Origin: Octopus bimaculoides
Taxonomy: Eukaryota
DNA: 52,389 nucleotides
Assembly: GCF_001194135.2 (NCBI RefSeq)
Contig: NC_068983.1
Span: 155,715,496-155,767,884, forward strand
Direction: 5' to 3'
The notes under the pieces were generated by a model. That model searched no databases, was not told the DNA's origin, and saw only the letters and a list, made by a program, of their open reading frames with translations. Both the position numbers and the translations under genes were made by a program. The number at the start of each line of letters is the position of its first letter. Positions within the stretch are counted from its first letter, which is position 1. Positions 23,629 through 36,293 of this stretch are shown in pieces.

Positions 23629-24075
23629 CAAGGTATATTCCAGAAGTTTTGAGACTGTCAGGAGAAACATTTGCTAATTTCAATGATCTACAAAACTCTA
23701 GTTTCTTTCAAAATAGGATCCTCTGACTTTGATGTACTTGTCATAGAACTCCAGCCACTTTGCGAAGACTCCGTAGGGGGCATTCAAAATGAAGGTGTCC
23801 AGGACCCTTGTCATAACCTCATCCGTTCTCTCCTTCAGCTTGGGAAATAAGCAAACGTCAGTGAGCAAGGTCAGGACAGTCGAAAGGATGAGGAACCGTT
23901 TTGCTGTCCATCTCTGCCAAATAGTTGTGGTTACTTGGAAGTTGCTATGGCCTTTTGCGACGAAATCTTTTCCTAAACTCACTCAAAACCTCCACAAGTA
24001 ATTGTTGTTGACCGTCTAACCAGGGGGTACTCAGTTGATGTAGATGATGCCCTTCCTGTCAAAGAAAGGGTCATG
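23629..24075 (-). mobile_element. mariner transposon, 3' half with terminal repeat
   Basis: DRKGIIYIN..PPG.TVN, LFPKLKE, TRVLDTF and KWLEFYDKYIKVRGSYFE match the mariner C-terminus. TA followed by CAAGGTATATTCCAGAAGTTTTGAGACT at 23627 is TIR-like. Confidence 0.85.
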
Positions 24076-25487
24076 ATAAGCTTTCCGGTGTACTTGTTTT
24101 ACCCGACTAGTTGTGCAAGCGAAAAACATACAAGATTCATACATGTTAATCGGAAAGATGTTTGGAGCATTTCATATGTTTCTATAACGTTTTTTACCCA
24201 ATTTAACACAAACCTTTATTACATAGCGAGTTTCTAAATTATCTACTTTTCAAACTAGTCAGCTGTGACAACCTGTATTAAGTAGGGTATGTTCAAAGTG
24301 TTGTTTCAGCGATCTTCTCCGATCTAATGTAGCAAAAAATTGGCAAGTAAGCTTATTAAATGTATAGTAGTGACATAGAAAATTACAATAATCTAAGACA
24401 CTGCCTCACCTAAAAGAGTCTCAAAACACCTGGCACTTTAAAACTGGTGTCAAGTCACAATGCTAGACTAAGATCCTTACAGAGATGGAAACTGGACGAG
24501 TGAAGTTACGATCTATGAGAGAGGGGTATATCTAACTAGTAAAACCGTTGAAAAATGTAAGGAAAGAAACAATGTAAAGTACAAACAACATATAACAATA
24601 TAACAGTAAGCATAGAAAATTTTAGATAAGAAATAAAGAATGATTTTTTCACATCCACTCGTTCTAACTCTCTACTTGTACATGAAGCTAGCTGCAATAA
24701 ATGACCATGCATTCAAGCAAAGCAGTGTAAAGTAATCAATATTTGAATTTGATGTCTCAGATATGGTTACAGGAGAAAAGAAGTTGGATCACGAAAGTAT
24801 GAATAAAATCGAAGCTGGAAGGATGGATTGAAAGAAATAAAAGATAATGAAAGGCTTTGGTTGACAGTTCTTAGTTGATTTAGTACCTTAGAGATCAGAT
24901 CCACTGTAGAGAATCCACGGGAACGACACACATGATCTTTTCAATATTATTGCTTTCATGAATAAGCAGAAAGCTATATATTTGCAGGAAACAGGAAACA
25001 AAATGACGCCACATTCATGCTTCTTCCGGAGAACATTACTAGCGTAATTAAATAAAACAAACTCCTTTACGTTAGACCGTGGCTTTCTGGGAATTATCTG
25101 TTTGGTCGACAGTATTCGCTAAGTTGAAACAATGTTGAAATCATCCTATCAGATCAAGAGTTTTTATATTACGCTTTCTGTCTGTGTCAACTTTGATGTA
25201 AGTAAAGACACACTGATCTGTATGCTTCGGAAAATATAAGTTGCGATCTAATTGTATAGTTGAATCCTGACATTTGTACAAGGCTGCACATTTATTACGG
25301 AATTTAAGCCGATACTTGACAGATACTTAAAATATTGATTCTCGAAAGCATAAACAGCAAAACTGAGATAAACAGAACAAAATGCTGATATACTCTACTA
25401 TGTTTGCCACTTCATTTCGCTCCAATACACAAACATATACGCATTAAATGAATATGTGTGTGTGCGTGTATATATATATATATATAG

Positions 25488-25720
25488 TCAAATCGAATAT
25501 ACAAAATGTTGGACAAACAATCGAACATTAAAAATAGCAAGAACAAAACAAGAGGACGTATGCATGAAATGTATTGGTTTAGCGCTCAGGAAAGGTGGAA
25601 GAAAGAATAGGTTTTTAACGTTTTGAGCATTGCTCTTCGTCAGAAAGGAAAACGGAAAAGTCCAGAGAAGGAAAAAATTTACGACAGCACGTGTAAGAGT
25701 TGCTATTTGTTTGTTATTAG
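25488..25720 (-). mobile_element. Older relative of the family B hammerhead element
   Basis: Minus strand TTT-CTGACGA-A-GAGC-AAT-GCTC-AAAAC-GTT-AAA at 25646-25614, followed by TTCCTGAGCG (compare TTCCCGAGCG in family B). The 3' end abuts (TA)n. Boundaries approximate. Confidence 0.6.
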
Positions 25721-26884
25721 TAGGGTTAAAAATCTTCCTCAACTTACAGACTACCGTTTTAAAATATGTGCAGCTCATTGGACAATATGGTTCAGGATAT
25801 GGATTAGTTTACAGAAAAACAGGAGTCTCGTTTCTGGAACACTCTTCATCATAGATCCTTATTCAGCCATACATAACTGACAAATCTCATCTATTTCGGA
25901 TGAAGTGGTAAGGTTTGGGTTGTGGCTCCAAATTTCTTCGGCGTATTGAGATTAAGTACCAAATGTATGATAACAGGAGCTCAATTCAATTATTCCATTC
26001 CGACGCTATGTACCTTGTGATCGTTTAAGGAAAAAATCTAGTACATGATGCTGCACTTCTGGTGTTACCATCGTTTACTGCAGTTCTATAATTAGAGGTC
26101 TTTTAGTCTTAAACACCCCGCTTTATTTTTCTTTCCAGATAAAGCGTACTATTTGGCATTACATTATTCAAATTCTCTTTCTGTTTCAGTATAGTGAGGT
26201 AACACTCGAAAGATTGGGGTGGGAGTGTTATTTTAATTTGTTGAGTGCCCCCACCTCCCACACACCGCTATAGAAATTGGCTAGTCAGAAGAACAGTTCA
26301 CTACTCCAAACAGCATGAACAGTTTCAAATCATCATGGGAGAAAAGCTATCAGCAAATGACCCAGTATCCTATCGAAGGATTTAGCTTTATGAAAACTGG
26401 AAATAAATATCAGCTCTTATGAATTCTTATAAATTCAATAACTATCAGCAAATTTAGTTTTACATAACATGCATTTTGTGTGTAGTTTACGATATTTCAC
26501 ATAAATATAATTAAGAAATATGTTCTGTACCATCTCACAAACCATTGTAAGAAACGAGAACAATCTCAACAAACCGTTCTGTTGATCAAATCAATTCGTG
26601 TCTCTACAAAAGAAGACAAGATATCTCAGGTCTGCTGGCATTAATTATTATAAATAAAAGTTAAACAAATTTGTATAATTTTCTGATAATCCAATTTGCC
26701 AAATGTGTGAAATAAGAAATTTTCATCCAAGACAGATAAAGAAATAGCAATGTTTTGGAACTATTTCAATGAAAATTTCGTATAATGTATAAAAGCAGGA
26801 TTTTACAGTGTGAAAAAGGTGGTAAAGCTGAATTTCTAAGTCATACTCTACTTTCACTTTTAAATATATTATATCGATACATTC

Positions 26885-27312
26885 TTTTACTCCTTTCAGT
26901 CATTTGCCTGCGGCCATGGTGGACCACAACTTTAAAGGGTTTTCGTCGAACAAATCGACACACCAGGACTTATTTTTTGTAAGCCTAGTACTTATTCTAT
27001 CGGTTTTCTTTTGCCGAACTACTAAGTAACGGGTACATAAATACACTAGCATTGGTTATCAAGGGATGGAGGTGGTGGTGGTGGTGGTGGTGGTGATGAT
27101 GGTGGGGCAAACACACACACACACACACATAAATATATATATACATATATATATATTCAACGGGCTCCTTTCAGCTTCCGTCAACCAAATCTACTCACAA
27201 GGCTTTGGTCGGCCCGAGGCTACAGTAGGAGACATTCGTCCGGGGTACCATTCAGTAGGACTGAACCCGAAACCATGTGGTTGGAAAGGAAGCCTCTTAC
27301 CACACAGTCATG
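26885..27312 (-). mobile_element. SINE family 1, near full length
   Basis: Head, internal (AT)/(GT)/(CCA)n spacer and tail are all present in reverse orientation. Confidence 0.9.
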
Positions 27313-27342
27313 CCTTGTTTGTGTGAGTGTTTGTAAGCATAT

Positions 27343-27403
<61 letters not shown>

Positions 27404-27436
27404 GATAGATAGATAGGTAGATAGATAGATAGATAT

Positions 27437-27472
<36 letters not shown>

Positions 27473-28663
27473 ATGTCTTGCATATTTATACTCTATACGC
27501 TCCAGAAGATTCAAAGATAAATATGCTATTTGCTGTTGTGTTCGTTACAGGGAAGCAGCTTCTCTCTTACAACGACAATAATTTCATAGCACATTGGATA
27601 TATTAGTATAAAGGAATGTGGGACGCAGCTGTTTTGGCATATTGTGTCTCGTCAGACGGAAGCATCAGGTATAAACACATACATATGTATAAGCATATAT
27701 ACATGTACATACACACACACTCACACACACACACACACATTTAAAAGTCGAACGATGAGAATGAATACTCAACGCCGCATTGGTGGATAATATTTCTTTA
27801 ATGGTGTACCAAGGCCACCATGGGTTTCATGTTAATAAAATATCTTAATATCTTAACAATTTTTCAAGCTGATCACATGGCGGAATGGTATTCGTCTCCG
27901 TTTTGGATGAAAACACGAAAAATCTCGGGAATTCACAGTCTCCTAAATAAAAGGAGAAATCTCGGGCGCTATTGTTGGATGACACCTTTTGACTTTTGGG
28001 GAAAAAAGCACCGTATATTCTGGGTATATGTGAGGCTCATCTGCTTGTGTGCTGAGGGAATTCACTAGAAGGGTATGTATCTTCTATATGTGGAGTTCAT
28101 ATGTTGTATATATTCAATGTTCACGTTTAGGGAAAGAAACTACCCTCGTGGGATTCACGGAGTGGATGGTTGTTTCTCTTTGAAATGTTGGAGTGTATAT
28201 ATTATATATTTGTGTGTGTCCGGGGGAAGAAGATGGAAAAGCAAGTAGACTTTGCTTTTCATTCTCACGGGGTCGATAAACTGGGCACTGGAGGTCATTG
28301 TAATTGACTTTCACTTTCTCAAAATTGCTGGCTTCATGATTAAAATGAGAACGAACTACGTGTTTTGGTTGTTCAAACATGTATGAAAAACTATGTGCAA
28401 GAAATAAGACGTCTATAGAAAATACGGGACAAATTCAAGTGATAATTTTGTGGTTTGCTTTGAAAGTTTGCGTTCAAACATATATTGCATTGAGAGCTGT
28501 ACTTTTCCTCTTCTCATAGTTACTCTTTCTCCCCATATACTAATAATTATCATGTATCTAATTATCTATACAGATATTTTTTATGCCACGAAAATGCACC
28601 TTTTTTATGATACTTACTTTGCAAAGACATTGCTCCAACTACTGAGGATTTAAAAATAATATA

Positions 28664-29505
28664 CAGGGGTTGGACAAGATAATGGAAATACCTAGCATCA
28701 TAGCATCATAATTTTGAAATATCTATAAAACCATCAAAAGCTTCTTTATTTTCATTTTTTTTTTTAATCTAATATTAGTGTTCCTTAATATGTTTTTCTA
28801 AAATTGTTGTTTCATTTCAGATATCATCAGAAAAAGGTAATTAAAATTCATTAAAATGACAGATCTATCGGACTATCAAAAAAGTCAAATTGCTGGTGCT
28901 CGTATGGCAGGTGCTCGTATGGCAGGTGCTAGCGTAACGAAAACAGCCGAAATGTTTGGTGTATCAAGAAGTACTGTCTCGAAAGTAATGTCAGGTTTTG
29001 AGAAAGAGAGGAAAACCTCCTCGTCGAAACAAAACTCCGGAAGAAAACCAAAACCTTCAGATAGAGACCGTTAGACTCTAACGCGAATTGTTAGAAAGGA
29101 TCACAAAAGTAAAGCTCCCAAAATTACTGCAGAGCTTAATGACCACCTCAAGAATCCAGTTTCCACAATAACTGTTCGCTGGGGGCTGCACAAAGCCGGA
29201 TTTCACGGGATGCTTGCAAACAGAAAACCACTACTTTCAAAAACAAACGTTGCAATGCGTTTAGAGTAGAGTAAAAACCTACAGAATTGGTCCCTAGAAA
29301 ACTGGAAGAATGTTATTTTCTCGGATGAGTCATCCTTTACGTTATTTCCGACCAGCGGCCGAGTATACGTCTGGAGATAGCTAAAAGAAGCATATGATCC
29401 AGACTGCCTTCTGGCAACTGTTAAACATGGAGGAGGATCTGTGATGATCTTGACGTGGGTTGGGGGGCTATATCTTGGAAAACTGCTGGCCGAATGGTTT
29501 CCCTT
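28664..29505 (+). mobile_element. Tc1-family transposon, 3'-truncated
   Basis: TA followed by TIR CAGGGGTTGGACAA. Translation MTDLSDYQKSQIAGARMAGARMAGASVTKTAEMFGVSRSTVSKV...SGRKPK, then RKPLLS, WKNVIFSDESSF and VKHGGGSVMI (Tc1 motifs). In-frame stops, plus a 15-bp in-frame duplication at 28895-28924. Confidence 0.95.
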
Positions 29506-29534
29506 CTTTCGATGATTATGAATTCTTATGGTTC

Positions 29535-29575
<41 letters not shown>

Positions 29576-29662
29576 NNNNNNNNNNNNNNNNNNNNNNNNN
29601 NNNNNNNNNNNNNNNNNNNNNNNNNNNNNNNNNNNNNNNNNNNNNNNNNNNNNNNNNNNNNN

Positions 29663-29715
<53 letters not shown>

Positions 29716-30109
29716 TACACATGTACGTGTGTGTTTATGGTTAAATAATTGTAGTTATAGTCATATATGTTAATATAGATTCGTAGTTGATAGTGATAGG
29801 TTAAGATATTGAATGCCTTATAGTATTCATCAAAATAAAACAGCAGGACACTGCCAATGAAAACGAAAACTGTTAATAAATAAATAAACAAAGAGCAAAC
29901 AAAGAAAGGAAAACACAGACTGTTAAAAACTTTTATCACAACTGACAACGGAGCGTGTTTCCACTGTGAAATGAACGACCAGAAATGATTATTGATCGTA
30001 ATGAACGTTCTGATTTGATTATTCAGTTTGACGGTAACAACTGAAATTCATTGGAGTGGAAATGATAGAGTGTTGTAGTGTTAGTTATGGTGGTGTTATA
30101 AGTAGCATT

Positions 30110-30310
30110 GATAGGAGATGGGCTTGATTAGTTGCTGTATAGCCCTAGCTTAACACTGATCGAGCAGGTCTGTAATAATAATAAAAAGAAGCGATCCAGC
30201 TGTGACGGTCTTTCTATTTTCTCTGTATATCCATGACTACATTATGCAATGTTTGTTTCCATTTTAGAAAGATATTAGGAGAGATGTAAGGTAGACTAGA
30301 CTGTTATTTT
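30110..30310 (-). mobile_element. SINE or LINE-tail-like repeat (family 4)
   Basis: Shares motifs (CTGCTCGATCAG, GTCACAGCTGGA, GATCATAGGTCTGC-type) with 4500-4675, 35090-35270 and the 170-bp tandem unit. Confidence 0.5.
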
Positions 30311-31759
30311 AGTAGGTGAAGCGCCTGTGTAGAGGTTTCTTCTTTGTTTTTATTAGGACTTCGTTTTCAGATGCAGGGGTTCTCAATCGTTTTAATTTTT
30401 TAATATACTGGGGTTGAGACAAGGACCCCTGGTGTATTTTGAAAGTTATATATATATATATATATATAAACCCGTTTTCAAGATTGTTCAATGGAGATCA
30501 TCATTTTAAAGTAAGTTAAAAATACAAAGAGAATATTTACTGATAGGTTACGAGACTCATTTAATGTAAATCAATATTGGAAATGACTGGGACTTTGGAG
30601 TACTAAATGTAATAGCACAAACCTTAGTTTCTACCTTAATGGGCACAAAAAAGATGAATAGCTTCTAACTTTATTACCACAATTTCATTTTAATTTTGTT
30701 AAATGTATATTTACTCCTAATTGGATTATATTACCCTTTGTTTTCTTTTTTTTCATATTATTCGCATTTCGCTTTTCCCCGTAATGTACTACAGTTTGCG
30801 TTAGCAAATTTCGTTCCTCGAAACGTAGCAGAAATTCAAAAACTCAAGAAAATCACAAGTAAAATGTCTTGAATCATCTAATCGCTCACATTACCCTCTA
30901 AGATTCTCACTTATATACCAATCATCACGAGTAATCCAAACGAATAAGCCGTCAGGCAACGATATAAGTCAGTCAAAACAAATTTTGCAATGTTATCAAG
31001 GTATATGAATTTAGGTAAAAAGGGAAATAACTATTATTTCATGTTTTATTCATCGTACTTGTGTATAATAAAATTTATTTTCTTTTATTAACCATGTTTG
31101 TATACAACTTTTATGGAGATGTTCGACCATTATATGGAGTTTCTAAAGCTATGGACTAAATCTTTAAAAATCCATGGTATTCCAGTACACCACAACATCC
31201 CGTTTGATAATCCTCAATCTAACGAGACCTTTTGTTATCCAGAACGAATGAGTGCGACTTGAGGGTGGATTGGTTGCTATTTTGACAATGAATCAAGCAA
31301 AAGCCTTCGTTCGATGTATTAGTAGCAGTAATCAATCTGTGGTTGTGACAGTAAGAGATTAGTGTTCATTTCTCTCATTTTTCTGTTGGTCTCTGACATG
31401 ATTTCTATAATTCGTTTGGTATTGGTGTGAGAAACCTATCTCTTAAAAAAAAACAAAATTGTCCGTTCTACTGAAACTAGCACAGATGTTAAAGAATCTC
31501 ATTTCCTATAATGTATTTTGGTGCGTGAAACAAGGCCTGGATATTTCAAACTTTTCTTTCAAATATATTTCTATAGAAGACGGCTGTGGTAAATGAATCG
31601 TTAAACGAATGGTTAATGAACTATTAAACAAACATAATGGGAAATATAATACATCTGTGTCTTACTTGGATTGATGCACACTCACCTTCATATACGCATA
31701 TACACATCTCAGAAACACACACACACACACACATACACATACACACACGCACTTACACA

Positions 31760-31810
<51 letters not shown>

Positions 31811-32899
31811 ACACACGAACGCACGTTTATATGTGTATGTATATATGTACACTTACAAACACAATTCCGTCTTATCAATGCATCCTTCAATTCAGATTTA
31901 GTGCTAACTACGTACAAAGAAATGTACAAACGAAATATGTTATACCAAGTTTGATTTTGTAGATGTATTAAATTTTGTATTTTCTATTTAATTTACAAAT
32001 AAATGATTCATAAAACAAATTTCATAGAATTGTTCTATTAAATAAAGTAGATTTTTTCTTGCAAGATATTTATCAATAACTCTTTAAAACAAAACTATTG
32101 ATTCGATTTAACGACAGACACGCGTAGACACACACACATATATATAAGCATATAGACATACACACAAATACACACAATTAACGTACATCTATTTAACTCT
32201 GTAATCTGATTAAGACTCACAAACAAAACCATTATTACAATTTTAGTCAATTTTTAACTGATTTAAAGCGGATATAACATTCGACAACAATTATATGTAT
32301 AATTTTTTTAAATTCCGAGGCAAATGTTCATTCTTTAGCGTTATTCTTCTCTGCATCTATGTTGTTCGATCAGGAGTGACAGCAATCACTGTTCATGATG
32401 CTACCATATACAGAGTCTCGAACTCTATTTAAATGATTTCGATGGAAGAAGTAGAATTTCACATAGTTTACCACCACCGCTAGCACCACAAAAACAACAA
32501 CAGCTACAACACAACTTGATCTCTGTTTGTATCAAGTGGAGCTCACTCTATTATACCAGTTTCCTATTTGACCATATATTTTACCTTATGCCGATGTTAG
32601 GCTCTTGACATTCAGAATGTGAATCAACCGCGTTAAAAATAAATGTCTGGAAAGGATTAGAAAAGTTATTAATCCCTTCTTCCACATCTAATTCACTTGG
32701 CAAAGAAAGTTCTTTCAGACACAGTAACTTCACATCATATTTATAATTTCACTTTATCATTATTGGTAATATGATATCTATAATTTCCATTTCTTTGGTA
32801 ATTGATAACACAATAATCAGCTGGTTAGAAATAGAAAATATCTATATTTAATATTGTAGTGGAAATATTTGATTGCTACATGCATTTTACAACTCTACA

Positions 32900-33279
32900 G
32901 GCACTGGAGTCAAGATTCTAAAGTCTCAGTTTGGATGGATAAATCCAGGAAACCGAGACAGTTATTCTACAGAGATCTGGAAATGACCAGTCGTGCCCAA
33001 GTTCACCCAAAGAAGTGGTGTAAAGACAACTTCAAGTTCAACCTGATATGAGCAGAACTCAAGTGTATTGCAGCTGACTGCACTACGTGGCACTAACTAT
33101 GCTGCCAGTCAGGAAATAACTTACAAACCACCTGGCGTATGCAGCGCTTCAAGGCAAGGATACAAAAAGGCATCCACTCCTACTCAAACAAGCGGCGCTC
33201 AGTGCCCGAATTGTAACACGGTCTGTGCGTCTGACTTCGGCAAAGAAGATGTTGACCATCTAACACAATCGTCTTTCTA
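32900..33279 (+). mobile_element. RTE-clade LINE 3' fragment
   Basis: MDKSRKPRQLFYRDL...HPKKWCKDNFK matches the RTE motif M...R.PKQLFYGEL...GRPKKR.KD. AADCTTW and a terminal CPNCNTVCAS.FG zinc-finger relic follow. Confidence 0.8.
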
Positions 33280-33445
33280 GGACTTGATAAACTGCGAAAT
33301 ATGTACAGGGAATAGTTTTTCTCTCAGAAAATATTCCTGAATATATATGAATACACACGCGCGCGTGCGCACGTACACACACACATGCACTCACTCATAC
33401 ACGCACATACACACATATTGTTATTTTCAAGCAAGTATCTTACTA

Positions 33446-33490
33446 ACAGGAACTTCGAAGTTTCGGCGACTTAAGCCATCGTCGGACTGC
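33446..33490 (-). ncRNA. Type I hammerhead motif, U4C variant
   Basis: GCAGT-CCGACGA-T-GGC-TTAAGTC-GCC-GAAAC-TTCGAA-GTT-CCTGT. Stem III palindrome ACTTCGAAGT; stem I has a mismatch at the first pair. Confidence 0.55.
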
Positions 33491-33683
33491 GAGGCATTAG
33501 AGTTAAACTTGGCTTTATATAGCTTCTGGTGAGTTAAAAAATTTCGGTTGAATGTCTATTGAAGTTAATCTTGGCTTTATGTAGTCTCTGTAGTCTCACA
33601 CATACCCAAGGAAGATTTTAACCCAACAGGGGCTATATAAAGCCAAGATCAACTTCATTACATTGCAGTCCGACGATGGCTTA
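33472..33683. repeat. 52-bp inverted repeat (44/52 identical) with a third partial internal copy
   Basis: 33472-33523 versus 33632-33683; partial copy GAAGTTAATCTTGGCTTTATGTAG at 33561. Confidence 0.85.
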
Positions 33684-34685
33684 GCCACCTGGAGTAGGCG
33701 TCCTCCTGGGCTTAAAAATAGCAGTAATGTCGATTCCTACGGAACAAACAGTTTTGAATGGCAATACATTTCAAAATCGACAGGACAAAAATAGAACATG
33801 TCTCCCCTAGTATATTGGCTTTAGAATGCATAATCGCTATCTCTCAGAGAAGTATAACGCTTCATTATAAAATTTTTATCTTGCAATTTAGTACATCCGA
33901 TCGGATATAGAGAATTCTTATACATGATTCTGTTACTAGTTTCTCGGGCATTTTTAGATACAAACCGTTGAAAAGAGCAAATACCATTGTTTTATTGGTA
34001 GATGGAACAGAGAAACGTGATCTTGTGCGTTTGAGCTAGTGATTGCAATGTGCTTAGGGGGTTTGCGTCTGTCAATTGACCTAGTGACCTTAATTTGCAT
34101 GTTTTCTGTTGTCTATGTATGCACGGAAGCCGTATCTAAGAGTTAAAGTATTACAGTGAATACAATACACAGGGCATCGAACATCTCACAAGGAAAGTAA
34201 TCTGTCATTGACGTTGCGCTGTGTGTTTAAGTGTGAGTGAGAGAGCACGTGTGTGTGTGTGCAAGAGTGAGAGTGTGCGTGTGTGTATGCATGTATACCT
34301 TTCCAAGAGACGAGACACAAGCAACTTGCGCCAGCACAGGAGTAAACAGCTTCTAACTGCAGGCGTAGTGCACAGGAGCAGTGTGAAGCTAAAGAGTTGT
34401 TTATTGACTCGCAGTTAGAATTATACGTAGCTATTTAGACCCAAAACAACTTTTCAAGACAAACATGAACTTAGGTTTGTTGTATGTAAGAAAATAATTG
34501 TATAAACTAATAATTAAAAAGAGCGAAAAAGAAAGTAGGATTCAGTAATAATATAATTCGTATGGGGAATTAATATGTGGCAATATGGAACAAACATTTT
34601 CTGTGTTTGTTTCTTTATTAGCTAGTTGCCCTGGAGGTGCCTTCGGAGAGTGCAAAGTACTATCTTCTAATCTTATCACTTTAAC

Positions 34686-34727
<42 letters not shown>

Positions 34728-35583
34728 CCTCGCACCCACACGCATACACACATATGTACATACACGCGTATGCACACATTCATGCAAACAATGGAAGACA
34801 AATAATACTTCACAAAGAGATATCATATCGCCTCCGAAAATTTTTAAAGAAACAAAAAAAACATAGGAAACCGTGAAAAGTAAGATGGTAAATATATTTC
34901 AAAGACCAAAATTGGAGTTATAGTGATTTAGTCATAGATAAACCCTGAACGTGCATACTTGTTATCAAAGGTGTTTCATCCGTAACCATCACCTCCGAGC
35001 CCCCGTATCATATCATTTAATGTCCTTCCTTTCTGAAAACAAGTGCGTGATATGAGAGAGTTTGAGAGTGTGTTTTCAGCGTAAAGCTTGCATTGTTGTT
35101 GTTGTTTAGCTACAAGTCCAAATTAATTCAGATCTATGAACCAAGGCGTTACAGTCATGACCAATCCGCCTCTTTCTATGTAGAACTAGAACTTCTAATG
35201 CACCTTTTTGCTATTTCTAAATTCCAGGGTGGTATATTGAGAAATTGGCTGTTATTTCTAACCGGTACGTGCCTCGTCGGCACGTACATTGCATTGTTTT
35301 AAATTGAGGGTTAAAACCTCATATGCAAGGAGTGAACATGCCATGCAAAACCTGACTCCTAATATTGGTTTCAAGTTTTGGTACAAGGCTAGCAATTTTG
35401 AGAGAGGGGTCAATTACATCCAGCCAGTGCGCAACTGGATGACAGGTAAAATCGACCCCCGCGGAATTTGAACTCAGAATGTGCAGACGGACAAAATGCC
35501 GCTAAACATTTTGCTTAACGTGCTAACGATTCTGCCAGCTCACCGTTTTAACCCGACTATTATTGAACTCATTGCCATTTAGT

Positions 35584-36293
35584 ACTAGTATCTTCTGTCC
35601 GAGCAGTTCGAATAAAACCTTTCCAGCCATAATCTTCCAGTCATAATTTACATGATATAACATTCTCCTTCCTTCATGCACGAAAGTAGTAAAGTGTAGT
35701 TTGAGAAATATTTGACTGTTGCTTCTAATAATAGATTGAGCGACCACACAACGACTAGTATTTTCTGTCCGAGCAGTTCGAATAAAACCTTTCCAGCCAT
35801 AATCTTCCAGTCATAATTTACATGATATAATNNNNNNNNNNNNNNNNNNNNNNNNNNNNNNNNNNNNNNNNNNNNNNNNNNNNNNNNNNNNNNNNNNNNN
35901 NNNNNNNNNNNNNNNNNNNNNNNNNNNNNNNNNNNNNNNNNNNNNNNNNNNNNNNNNNNNNNNNNNNNNNNNNNNNNNNNNNNNNNNNNNNNNNNNNNNN
36001 NNNNNNNNNNNNNNNNNNNNNNNNNNNNNNNNNNNNNNNNNNNNNNNNNNNNNNNNNNNNNNNNNNNNNNNNNNNNNNNNNNNNNNNNNNNNNNNNNNNN
36101 NNNNNNNNNNNNNNNNNNNNNNNNNNNNCTTCTGTCCGAGCAGTTCGAATAAAACCTTTCCAGCCATAATCTTCCAGTCATAATTTACATGATATAATAT
36201 TCTCCTACTTTCATGCACGAAAGTAGTAATGTGTTGTTTGAGAAATATTTGACTGTTGCTTCTAATAATAGATTGAGCGACCACACAACGACT
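35584..36293. repeat. 170-bp tandem repeat, at least 3 copies, spanning an N gap
   Basis: Unit starts ACTAGTA at 35584 and 35754; a third copy runs 36129-36293. The copies differ at a few positions. Confidence 0.9.

Noticed and set aside
27820-28068. 82-aa ORF (ADHMAEWYSSPFWMK...)
   Set aside because: No recognisable domain; length is within chance expectation.
32380-32610. Open frames SLELYLNDFDGRSRISHSLPPPLAPQKQQQ (plus) and a TM-like stretch (minus)
   Set aside because: Partly driven by a CAA/CCA low-complexity tract; weak splice sites; no homology recognised.
34585-34680. SCPGGAFGECK resembling an EGF/MEGF repeat
   Set aside because: Cysteine spacing does not fit CPxGxFGxxC, and the ORF runs into (CA)n.
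35584-36293. CRISPR-like array
   Set aside because: The units are contiguous 170-bp copies without unique spacers, and the context is eukaryotic.
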